Positions 15,467-22,793 of a DNA stretch of 32,000 bases are shown in pieces. The stretch is from Desulfotalea psychrophila LSv54. Its GTDB lineage: Bacteria; Desulfobacterota; Desulfobulbia; Desulfobulbales; Desulfocapsaceae. The stretch covers positions 30,001 through 62,000 of the forward strand of contig NC_006139.1 of the NCBI RefSeq assembly GCF_000025945.1. Reading direction: 5' to 3'. The position numbers and the translations under genes are program-made. The notes beneath the pieces were generated by a model, which saw nothing but the letters and a program-made list of their open reading frames with translations, was not told the origin of the DNA and ran no database searches. Each line of letters starts with the position of its first letter. Positions within the stretch are counted from its first letter, which is position 1.

Positions 15467-15511
15467 CAGGATGAGCAAGAGGAAAGACCGGCAGACAAAG
15501 TGGGCCACTTT
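15467..15511 (-). promoter_or_regulatory. candidate oriT core (inverted repeat plus nick-like motif)
   Basis: On the minus strand the palindrome AAAGTGGCCCACTTT (15511-15497) is followed 23 nt later by CATCCTG (15473-15467). This resembles the IncP-type nick-region consensus YATCCTG|Y. It lies just upstream of mobC, the usual oriT position. The base after the motif is A, not Y. Confidence 0.3.
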
Positions 15512-15543
15512 CCACATCTTGCCAGTTACCATCCACCGCCTTT

Positions 15544-15760
15544 GCTTGCTGGATGCTTGCTCGTTGCTTGCTGAATGCCGTTTATATATTCTTGCGCCCT
15601 GCCTTTGATTATGTCTTTAACCTCAATAAGACAGATATTTAAAGAGTAAATGTTCTTTAAATTGAAAAAAAAAGACCACTCATAAACAGCAATGAATAAG
15701 CAGTCAGCAAGCGACGAGCAAGCAATGGATAAGCAATCAGTAAGCATCCAGCAAGCAATT
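15544..15760. repeat. phased 11-bp repeats in inverted orientation (3 x GCTTGCT-N4 facing 7 x A(R)NAAGC-N4) around an AT-rich ~110-bp core
   Basis: GCTTGCT occurs at 15544, 15555 and 15566. The complementary AGCAAGC-type heptamers occur at 15684, 15695, 15706, 15717, 15728, 15739 and 15750, with an exact 11-nt period. The outer arms are near-perfect inverted repeats (TTGCTTGCTGGATGCTTGCTCGTTGCTTGCTGA vs 15704-15758, which carries a 22-nt insertion). Confidence 0.85.
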
Positions 15761-16072
15761 CACTTTTTATTAACAGAAATAGCCACTCTCTCCATTTAGA
15801 ATGTTTATAGTTAGGTTTATCTACATTTCCCCTCTGCTAATTGCATTAAACGCAGGCTTTTTACATCAAATTTCACCACCCTAAAACATGTTTGCTTTTA
15901 TGTTTGTTAAATTGTTTATTTATATGTTTATGTTTATGTTTTCTTGTTTGTTTGCTTTTCTTTATGAAAACGAGGTTACTTTTGTAGCTGAGACACCACC
16001 AAAAATAGTCCTCCACAAGACCTTTTTCCTGTGAAAAGAAAGTTTAACCATGTGGCCATACCTCCTTGCCTG

Positions 16073-16144
16073 AAAACTACTTTCTTGTTTTGTTTACAAA
16101 CTTATTTTTTGTTTTAATCACAAACTACTTTTTTGTTTTATTAC
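16073..16144 (+). repeat. three tandem 24-25-bp iteron-like direct repeats beside a T-rich region (candidate oriV)
   Basis: The units are AAAACTACTTTCTTGTTTTGTTTAC, AAACTTATTTTTTGTTTTAATCAC and AAACTACTTTTTTGTTTTATTAC. They are preceded by the TGTTT-rich AT tract at 15890-15960 and lie upstream of the rep gene. Confidence 0.6.
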
Positions 16145-16576
16145 AGGTTTCTTTTTAAGTGACAAATCTTCTGCCACCCTCCCCAAAAAGGACCATTGTA
16201 AACTAAGTAATTTCTGCCTATGCCATCAAAAAAAGTGAGTTATCTTATAAAGAAATCGCGTTTTTCAAAGGAAAAATTGTAAGAGTCTTGCAAGAGGCTG
16301 GGGACAAATAGTTCCGCTAATCGTCGAAGATGATGGGACGGATCTCTTCTCACGTCCAAACCAAACTACAACATTCCCCTTGCCAAAAAAAAAAGCATTA
16401 GGTAGTTTCAGGCTGTGCTAGAAAAAAGCACAATGGGTTTGGTAGCCTATCCTGTCACCGGCGAATGTACACACGTCACCAGTCTCTATTTTATAGGTGG
16501 TTTTTTTTATGCCTTTTGTTTATGGCTGTAGTATTGTGTAGACATTTATCACAGCATTGAACCGCACAGAATTTCT

Positions 16577-16657
16577 AGGGCGGGCTATATGTGGGAGCTT
16601 CGGCTCGCTGGTTCCGGTGACCAGCCTACCAACCCATATAGTCCCGCCCTTTTTTTG
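16577..16657 (+). terminator. branched hairpin followed by a T-run, 50 nt upstream of rep (attenuator or 3' end of a small RNA)
   Basis: The outer stem AGGGCGGGCTATATG(T)GGG (16577-16595) pairs with CCCATATAG(T)CCCGCCCT (16633-16650). Two inner hairpins are GAGC-TTCG-GCTC (16595-16606) and GCTGGT-TCCGGTG-ACCAGC (16607-16625). TTTTTTGTTT follows. Confidence 0.6.
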
Positions 16658-16707
16658 TTTGGTAGCAAGAAAAGGCGATAAAGCTCATCTTAACACCGGA
16701 CATCGCT

Positions 16708-17688
16708 ATGATAAAACGAGGTTTCAGCAATATTTTTTCAGAGAAGACATTTGCAAGCAACGAACAATTCAACACCGCCTGCAGACAGCTCAGAATCACT
16801 CAAGACGTACAATTAATCTACTCAAGCCTTCATTGGCTTTCAGTCAAGACGGGCTATGCATGGCCTTCTCAGGGCTTTCTCGCCAACGAGATAGGACGCT
16901 CACTTCGTACCGTTAAATCACATATAGCCAAGCTCAAGAGCCTTGGACTCATAACCGTCAAGCAACGCAACAACGGGCAGACTGCCTTATACTATCCACT
17001 GCCTTTAAGCGAAGTAGCAGAACACCTCCCAGGATGCTCCCAGAGCCAAGCTGATGAGATCAACGGGCAGGGTAAAGAAACCATCTCTCAGAAGGGCAAT
17101 AAGTGCACCACCACGAGGCACGATTCTGCCCACCTCCATAATATAGAGATTAGTACAAGTACTATTCCCCCTAAATCCCCCCCGGGGGAAGAGGCTGAGA
17201 TGTCCTTCCTGAAACTGTGGAAGGTGTGGCCCATCCAACAGGCGAAGAAGTCAGCCCGTAGAATCTTCATGCGTCTCTACCGTCGTGGAATTATTCCTTC
17301 CGTGGAACACCTTTTGAAAATTGTGCAGAACCTAAAGCAGTACGACAGGGCATGGATGAACGGCAAGGTTGCACAACTTCACCGATGGTTACGAGATGAA
17401 AGATGGACTGATAAGGCCTTTGCAGGCCTACAGCCTGCCCCTGTGGCAGCACCCAAAGTCTCTAAGGTGATAGAACCTGAATTCACACCAGAAGAGCATA
17501 GGGCAAGGTCCAGCTATCTGGAACTGTCAGTGGCGGTTATGACCCGGAGGGCCTCCACCGCATTGGATCATATCACAGAGAAGATTGTAGAAGGGTTAGG
17601 AGGGCTCCAGGGCTTACGAAAGAAGGGAATGAGGTGTTTGCCTATGGCAGATTTCCTCAAGGCATACAGAAGCTTGCAGGCTTTTTAA
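16708..17688 (+). CDS. plasmid/phage-type replication initiator with winged-helix HTH
   Basis: 'GYAWPSQGFLANEIGRSLRTVKSHIAKLKSLGLITVKQ' is the HTH typical of small-replicon Rep proteins. The C-terminal 'FLKLWKVWPIQQAKKSARRIF...WMNGKVAQLHRWLRDERWTD' is a block common in such initiators. It lies downstream of the iterons. Confidence 0.65.
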   Translation: MIKRGFSNIFSEKTFASNEQFNTACRQLRITQDVQLIYSSLHWLSVKTGYAWPSQGFLANEIGRSLRTVKSHIAKLKSLGLITVKQRNNGQTALYYPLPLSEVAEHLPGCSQSQADEINGQGKETISQKGNKCTTTRHDSAHLHNIEISTSTIPPKSPPGEEAEMSFLKLWKVWPIQQAKKSARRIFMRLYRRGIIPSVEHLLKIVQNLKQYDRAWMNGKVAQLHRWLRDERWTDKAFAGLQPAPVAAPKVSKVIEPEFTPEEHRARSSYLELSVAVMTRRASTALDHITEKIVEGLGGLQGLRKKGMRCLPMADFLKAYRSLQAF

Positions 17689-18171
17689 GAACTCAGGTTG
17701 ACGTTGTTGAGCAATTCTAAATTGAAAATTTTCCTCTTCTGGTCTTCTTTTCCTTTTGCCACTCCTTTACTGCGGGTAAAAGGAGATATGGAGATGTTTT
17801 TGAAGAGGTTCGTTCAGCATGGTAGGGTTTGGTAATCGCCTAACATGGGCAAGCAGAGACACCCCAAAGCCGTGCTACTTTATCATCACTGCTTATAGTC
17901 AATATTAAGAACAAATTTTGAGGGCTTTATGATTAGAACAATACGGTGTCAAAGCCGTTGCACGACCCAAAGTCAAGGCACTGAAACACCTTGATTTACC
18001 AGGGATATGCGGCAAACAAATCGTCAAATCAGAAACGAAATTAGTGTTTAAGAACACACAAAAAAACCTTCAAGAAATTGGCTGATATGTAATGGCTATA
18101 GAAATAAACAACTACATATTAGAGCCTGAGCCAGGGATTAAAGGCTCTATTGATAGAGCCTAAACTTCAAG

Positions 18172-18459
18172 TTATCTTGGAGATATAGTAAAGTCCAGCC
18201 GATATCCAAGTTTTTCAACATACTTCTCAATCGTTGAAATTTTAGGCGATATTTTCGAATCTACGTTTTCCAACCTTGATATATTGCTTTTTTTGGTGCC
18301 AAGAAGTTCAGCAAGTTCCTCCTGGGTAAAACCCGCATCTTTTCGTAATTTTATAAGTTGCTTCCTCAGGGCATAAACAGGTGCAAGCCGTTCATATTCA
18401 GCCTTAACCTCTTCTTTTTTTAAAGCCTTTTTCTTAAAATTCTTTATAGAAGGTCTCAT
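18172..18459 (-). CDS. XRE-family HTH antitoxin (HigA-like)
   Basis: 'LRKDAGFTQEELAELLGTKKSNISRLE' is a canonical XRE HTH. 95 aa. It starts directly after the toxin stop, giving the toxin-first order of HigBA-type modules. Confidence 0.75.
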   Translation of the reverse strand: MRPSIKNFKKKALKKEEVKAEYERLAPVYALRKQLIKLRKDAGFTQEELAELLGTKKSNISRLENVDSKISPKISTIEKYVEKLGYRLDFTISPR

Positions 18460-18780
18460 TTATTTCACCTTTTTTAACCTTTTGGTAGCTACCTTAATTT
18501 CCTTCTGAGGCGTTTTTTGCGACTTTTTTACAAAAGAGTGAAGGATAATAATCTCTCTTCCTTTAAGGGTGCCAAAAAAAGATCTTCCTATTCCTTCTTT
18601 TCCTCTAGCTCGTATCTCAAAAAGTCCATTGCCAAATGCTTTAGTGTATGGTTCACCTAAAGATGGCCCAAGGTCCTCCATCATATCAACTATATGAATG
18701 AAATTAGCCAATATTCCTGCGGAAAACGCTAAGGTTCTCTTCTCCACTTTTTCACTATAAAAGCTTATTTTCCATTTCAT
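18460..18780 (-). CDS. Gp49/HigB-like (RelE/ParE superfamily) toxin
   Basis: 'MKWKISFYSEKVEKRTLAF...LGEPYTKAFGNGLFEIRARGKEGIGRSFFGTLKGREIIILHSFVKKSQKTPQKEIKVATKRLK' matches the phage Gp49-like toxin pattern. Start set at the 13th listed codon (ATG 18780). The 12-nt palindrome ATCATATATGAT (18793-18804) just upstream looks like an operator/-10 element rather than coding sequence. Confidence 0.75.
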   Translation of the reverse strand: MKWKISFYSEKVEKRTLAFSAGILANFIHIVDMMEDLGPSLGEPYTKAFGNGLFEIRARGKEGIGRSFFGTLKGREIIILHSFVKKSQKTPQKEIKVATKRLKKVK

Positions 18781-19100
18781 ACCCATCATGTTATCATATA
18801 TGATTACTTTTATCAATACTCTCTTCCTCTCTTAAAACTTGAAGTGTAATCGGGAGTACCTGATTACATAAACTTCTCGTGGAGATGGGGATCTCTCTCG
18901 ATGCTGGCAAATTATCATGGTAAGCTTGCATGCTTTTGTACGAGTAAAGCTAAAACGACTTTAACAGAAACTTTAAGTTTTATCTTACACGAGGGCCTTT
19001 TCAAGGCACCTCCGTCACTCTCCATAAACCGCGCAACTTCATCTGCCAATAACTAGCCGTTTTCTCGTATGTATTCTTTATGATTTAAACCAATTCACCA

Positions 19101-19197
19101 TTGACATCTGAGGAGAGTTAGGCTAACATTAATGTAAACAAAATGTTTACATGTTTACAGTTGTATACGCCCAAAAACACTGGGTTTAATGTTTACA
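19101..19197 (+). promoter_or_regulatory. sigma70-like promoter with four TGTTTACA operator boxes
   Basis: TTGACA (19101-19106), a 17-nt spacer, then TAACAT (19124-19129). Next comes TGTAAACA-aaa-TGTTTACA (19133-19151, inverted pair), a tandem TGTTTACA (19152-19159) and a fourth TGTTTACA (19190-19197) next to the Shine-Dalgarno. Confidence 0.55.
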
Positions 19198-19215
19198 CTA
19201 AAAAGGGGATTGGAA

Positions 19216-20067
19216 ATGGCAACACCACTTAGCATGAGGGTTAGCGAAGAAGTTAAGGAATCTTTTGGACTTTTAAAGGCCAGCTCTGGAATGACGCCAG
19301 AGGATCTTATGCTCTCTATGATGGAGAACTTTAAAGCGTCTAGGGATGAGATGAATAGCCCAGTTTCCAAAGAGCTGACCAAGGTCAAACAGGTTTTTGC
19401 CACGGCTGAGCGAGTGGTTGCTGCGTTTTTGGAAATAGCTGAGAATGACAAAATTTCTGCTATTGATCACTTGGCAGCTGAAAAAATTGTTTACCTGGAG
19501 GCTATTAAAGAGCTGAAAGAGACGAATGCAGAACTGGTACAAGATAAGGCGGCATTGCAGGCTGCCAGTGTAGACCAACGGACACAGCTGGGTGACCAGG
19601 TTGAAGAACTTGAGTCTATTAAAGGTCGACTAGAGGACACCTCGTCACTCAAAGAAGCATGGGGAAAAGCAGAGACCACTTATCAGGCTCGGATCACCGA
19701 GCTTGATGTGGAAGCGCAGGCCTCTCGGCAACTTGCTACTAATAAAGCCGCCCTTGAAAAAAATGTGGCCGAATTAAAACCGTTTCAGGAATTGGCAGCT
19801 AATTTCAAAAAAGAGCTTGGCGAGACCCAAAAACAGGTAGTTGCTCATCAAAAAGATATAGATGTTCTGCAAAAGAAGACTAACGAATTAGACACAAAAA
19901 ACGCTGTATTGGCTGAACAAAAAAAATCATGTGAGGCTCAGGCCACGACTCAAATTGCATCCCTGGAGCGAGAAATTGCATTGTTGGAACGGGAAAATCA
20001 GAGTCTGAGTGGGCAGGTGTCTCTTCTCACTGAAACGCTGTCAAAATCTAACGAAGTCAAAAAATAA
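19216..20067 (+). CDS. ribbon-helix-helix plus long coiled-coil protein (KfrA-like architecture)
   Basis: ATG at 19216 with AAAGGGGA upstream. The N-terminal 'LSMRVSEEVKESFGLLKASSGMTPEDLMLSMMENF' fits a strand-helix-helix fold. The remaining ~240 aa are heptad-rich (E/K/Q/L/A). Confidence 0.5.
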   Translation: MATPLSMRVSEEVKESFGLLKASSGMTPEDLMLSMMENFKASRDEMNSPVSKELTKVKQVFATAERVVAAFLEIAENDKISAIDHLAAEKIVYLEAIKELKETNAELVQDKAALQAASVDQRTQLGDQVEELESIKGRLEDTSSLKEAWGKAETTYQARITELDVEAQASRQLATNKAALEKNVAELKPFQELAANFKKELGETQKQVVAHQKDIDVLQKKTNELDTKNAVLAEQKKSCEAQATTQIASLEREIALLERENQSLSGQVSLLTETLSKSNEVKK

Positions 20068-20073
20068 ATTATA

Positions 20074-20104
20074 AAGCGGGGATCGGCTTCCCGCTTATTT
20101 CTTT
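20074..20104. terminator. rho-independent-type hairpin between convergent coding regions
   Basis: AAGCGGG (20074-20080) pairs with CCCGCTT (20090-20096), followed by ATTTCTTT. It lies 7 nt after the stop of the coiled-coil gene. Confidence 0.55.
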
Positions 20105-21415
20105 ACCTTCGAGGCCGTGGTCCAGAGCACCTGGACCAATGAGAATACAGGGATAAAGATGGCACAGTTCACCTCTCCCTGCAGGATGCCATGGGCCACC
20201 GGACCTTCGATGCCTACGATTTTTGTGCTTCACGCCATGGGCAGATCCTTCCCTTCCATGGTGAGCGAGCCATGGGCCACCCCGTACTCCACCAACGATG
20301 TGGCATTTTACCCTAGCAGTAATAAGCGCAGGTTTCCCGAAGCGCTGAAGAGGGTGCAGGTTCACACCACCTACTATAAGGATAAAATCCTCAAGGTGAA
20401 CTAGCATGACTAAAGATAGCCAAGAATTTGATTTCAACTCAGCCCTCAAAGCGCTTAAAGAGGGTAAGCCGCTACATGGCCCGCCCCCTTAATAAAAAAA
20501 CTTGCTGAAACAGCTCTTGAAGGTGAACTTGATTCTCACCTCGCCCAGACAATCACAGCTAATCGCAAGAACGGTAAAGGAAAAAAGACCATTAAATCAA
20601 TGGATGGCAACTTCGACCTTAAAACTCCAAGAGATCGTGATGGCAGCTTTACTCCCCAGCTTATCAAAAAGCATCAAACCACCCTGAGTGATGCTCTAGA
20701 GCAAAAAATCATTGCCCTTTATGGCCTTGGAATGAGCTACCGGGATATATCATCTCATATTGAAGATATGTATGGCCTAGAGGTCTCAACAGGCACTCTC
20801 AGCACAGTAACAGATAAGATATTACACACCGTTAAAGAATGGCAAGCACGGCCATTAGAGCGTGTGTACCCCATCGTTTGGCTGGATGCTATTCATTATA
20901 AAATTCGTGAACAAGGGACGGTGGTTAGCAAAGCCGTGTACACTATCCTGGGATTGAATATTGAAGGTAAGAAAGAAGTTCTTGGCTTAACAATTTCTGA
21001 CAGCGAAGGGGCTAAGTTTTGGCTCCAGGTTTTAACTGATCTTGCGAACAGAGGCGTTGAAGATATTCTTATCGCCTGTGTTGATGGGCTGAAAGGCTTC
21101 CCAGAGGCCATAGAAGTTGTTTTTCCACAAACTGAAATACAGCTCTGCATAGTGCACCAGATCCGCAACTCCTTGAAATATGTAGGCTCGAAAAACCAGA
21201 AGGAATTTATGGTAGATCTCAAACGAGTCTACAAAGCAACAACGAAAGATCTGGCTGAATCTGAGTTGGATATCTTAGAAGAAAAATGGAACGAAAAATA
21301 CCCTATAGTCATAAAATCATGGAGAAATAACTGGGAAAGATTAAGCCATTATTTTAAATATCCAGAAGATATCAGGCGCATCATCTATACGACTAACACC
21401 ATTGAGGCAGTGCAT

Positions 21416-22450
21416 GGCCTTGTTGCACAAATAGAAGTTGCTAGCATTGCTCGATGATGTTTTCTTGTAACACACAGAAAACATTGGGAGAGTTATGAGA
21501 GAGCGCAGGGGAAAAATCAAAAATTGGCCGGAATATAACAGAGCATTGAAGCAACGAGGCTCGGTGACATTTTGGGTGGACAAGAAAGCGATTGAAAGTT
21601 GGTACAGTACGACTGTATCAGAGCAGCGTGGCCGTGTCGCAAGTACGCGGATGATGCACGACCTGTTTGATGTGGAACCATTTATGGACTGTCTCTCAAG
21701 GGTACAGAAGGTTTTCTAAATTCACTTTTTGAACTGATGGATATCGACCTCCAGGCACCTGATTATACAAGTGCCAGCAGGCGTGCCCAAACAGTTAAGG
21801 TAAATTACAGGCTACCAAGCCGTGGGCCGATTAAGCATATCGTCATCGATTCAACGGGCCTTAAAGTCTACGGAGAAGGAGAATGGCGTGTACGGAAGCA
21901 CGGTGCAGGAAAACGTAGAACTTGGCGTAAGCTTCATCTTGCTATTGATACAGAAACTCATCAAATTATAAGTGGTGAAATTTCGATGGAGTGGGTGCAT
22001 GATTCCAAGGTGTTGGGGCCGTTATTAAATCCTCTTCGACGACGCATAGAGCAGATATCAGGCGATGGTGCCGGATACGAAAGAGTGCTATGCCGTGGCC
22101 GAGAGAAAAGGTGCTATTGTAACTATTCCACCACGGAAAAATGCTGCTATGTGGGAGGAAGGCCATCCAAGAAATGAGGCTGTAGGAGCATTGCGAAAAG
22201 GTGAGTTAAAAGAGTGGAAAGCAAGCACAGCGTATCATCAAAGGTCTCTTGCTGAAACAGCGATGTATCGCTACAAACAGTTGATCAGTGGTAAATTAAG
22301 CCTCCGCGAGGAGGCAAGCAGGTAGGGCTGCGATCAAGGCTTTGAACAAAATTAATACGTTAGGGATGCCTGTTCGAGAGGCTGTTTGCTAAGATGGAAT
22401 GGCGTAGAGGGATGATAGTTTTCTTTCCTCATGATTTATGCAACAAGGCC
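21416..22450 (+). mobile_element. IS903-group (IS5 family) insertion sequence, 1035 bp, with 9-bp target-site duplication
   Basis: The inverted repeats are GGCCTTGTTGCACAAATAGAAG (21416-) and CATGATTTATGCAACAAGGCC (-22450). The direct repeat GCAGTGCAT is at 21407-21415 and 22451-22459. A 9-bp duplication and ~1.05 kb size are characteristic of IS903. Confidence 0.9.
21495..22325 (+). pseudogene. IS903-group DDE transposase gene with at least two frameshifts
   Basis: Three ORF pieces (21495-21719, 21737-22177, 22065-22325) read 'KNWPEYNRALKQRGSVTFWVD', 'PDYTSASRRAQTVKV', 'HIVIDSTGLKVYGEGEWRVRKHGAGKRRTWRKLHLAID', 'GDGA', 'IPPRKNA' and 'YHQRSLAETAMYRYKQL'. These are the conserved IS903/IS5 blocks spread over different frames. 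Confidence 0.85.
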
Positions 22451-22793
22451 GCAGTGCATCGCCAATTTCGTAAGTTAACAAAAACAAAGGGCGCTTTTCC
22501 CAATAAAGATAGTTTGCTGAAATTGCTGTATTTAGGCATCCAGAATGCGAGTAAAAAATGGACTATGCCCATCCAAAACTGGGCATTAACAATTTCTCAG
22601 TTGGTGATCTACTTTGAGGGAAGACTGGATAAGGATCTGAAACTTTGATACAGTGTGACTCTCTCCAGCAAAAAGCCAGCGCCTCCGACGGGTGTGTTTG
22701 CCTGGCCCATTCTCGGCGCTGACTTTGACTTCCGTTCCGATGATGATAATGGAGATTACAAATTGACACGGAATCTTGAACACTCCCCATCAA

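Larger units (their letters stand above)
20406..22648 (+). pseudogene. IS256-family transposase gene, frameshifted near a C5 run (20481-20492) and interrupted by the IS903-group element
   Basis: 'MTKDSQEFDFNSALKALKEGKPL' then, in another frame, 'PLIKKLAETALEGELDSHLA..NRKNGKGKKTIKS..FDLKTPRDRDGSFTPQLIKK', 'GMSYRDI', 'YPIVWLDAIHYKIRE', 'ILIACVDGLKGF', 'QLCIVHQIRNSLKYV' and 'IYTTNTIEAVH'. After the insertion it reads 'RQFRKLTKTKGAFPNKDSLLKLLYLGIQNASKKWTMPIQNW'. Removing 21416-22459 (1044 nt) restores the frame. Confidence 0.9.
20352..22788 (+). mobile_element. IS256-family element, inactivated (frameshift plus nested IS); ends only tentatively placed
   Basis: The transposase is clearly IS256 family (see the next feature). 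Tentative ends are GGGTGCAGGTTCA.. (20352) and ..TGAACACTCCCC (22788), which are only weakly complementary. Minus the 1044-bp insertion this gives about 1.39 kb, a normal IS256 size. No flanking direct repeat was found. Confidence 0.5.

Noticed and set aside
15526-15747. 73-aa minus-strand ORF with repeating LADCL/LSIAC peptides.
   Set aside because: The periodic peptide is produced by the 11-bp DNA repeats and the inverted-repeat arms. There is no ribosome-binding site or plausible protein features.
15544-16144. CRISPR array, considered because of the short regularly spaced repeats (also considered for the 234-bp tandem units at 27844-28311).
   Set aside because: Repeat periods of 11 nt and 24-25 nt leave no room for unique spacers, and there are no 28-37-nt repeat / 30-40-nt spacer alternation or cas genes. 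The 234-bp units are coding repeats.
16557-16916. 119-aa plus-strand ORF upstream of and overlapping rep.
   Set aside because: It starts at a non-ATG codon, runs through the branched terminator hairpin and T-run, and overlaps the well-supported rep frame.
20069-20449. ORFs 20069-20449 (-, 126 aa) and 20117-20404 (+, 95 aa).
   Set aside because: They are mutually antisense, extend into the presumed IS256 left end and the terminator, and have no motifs. The region is treated as an unexplained wedge (see findings).
870-22450. Idea that the two inversely oriented IS903-group copies (870-1230 and 21416-22450) mediated inversion of the 20-kb segment between them. This would explain why the attC-like site at 743-869 points the opposite way to the others.
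   Set aside because: The long copy is still flanked by its intact 9-bp target duplication within a reading frame that is restored by precise excision. Recombination through it would have separated these. The opposite attC orientation therefore needs another explanation.
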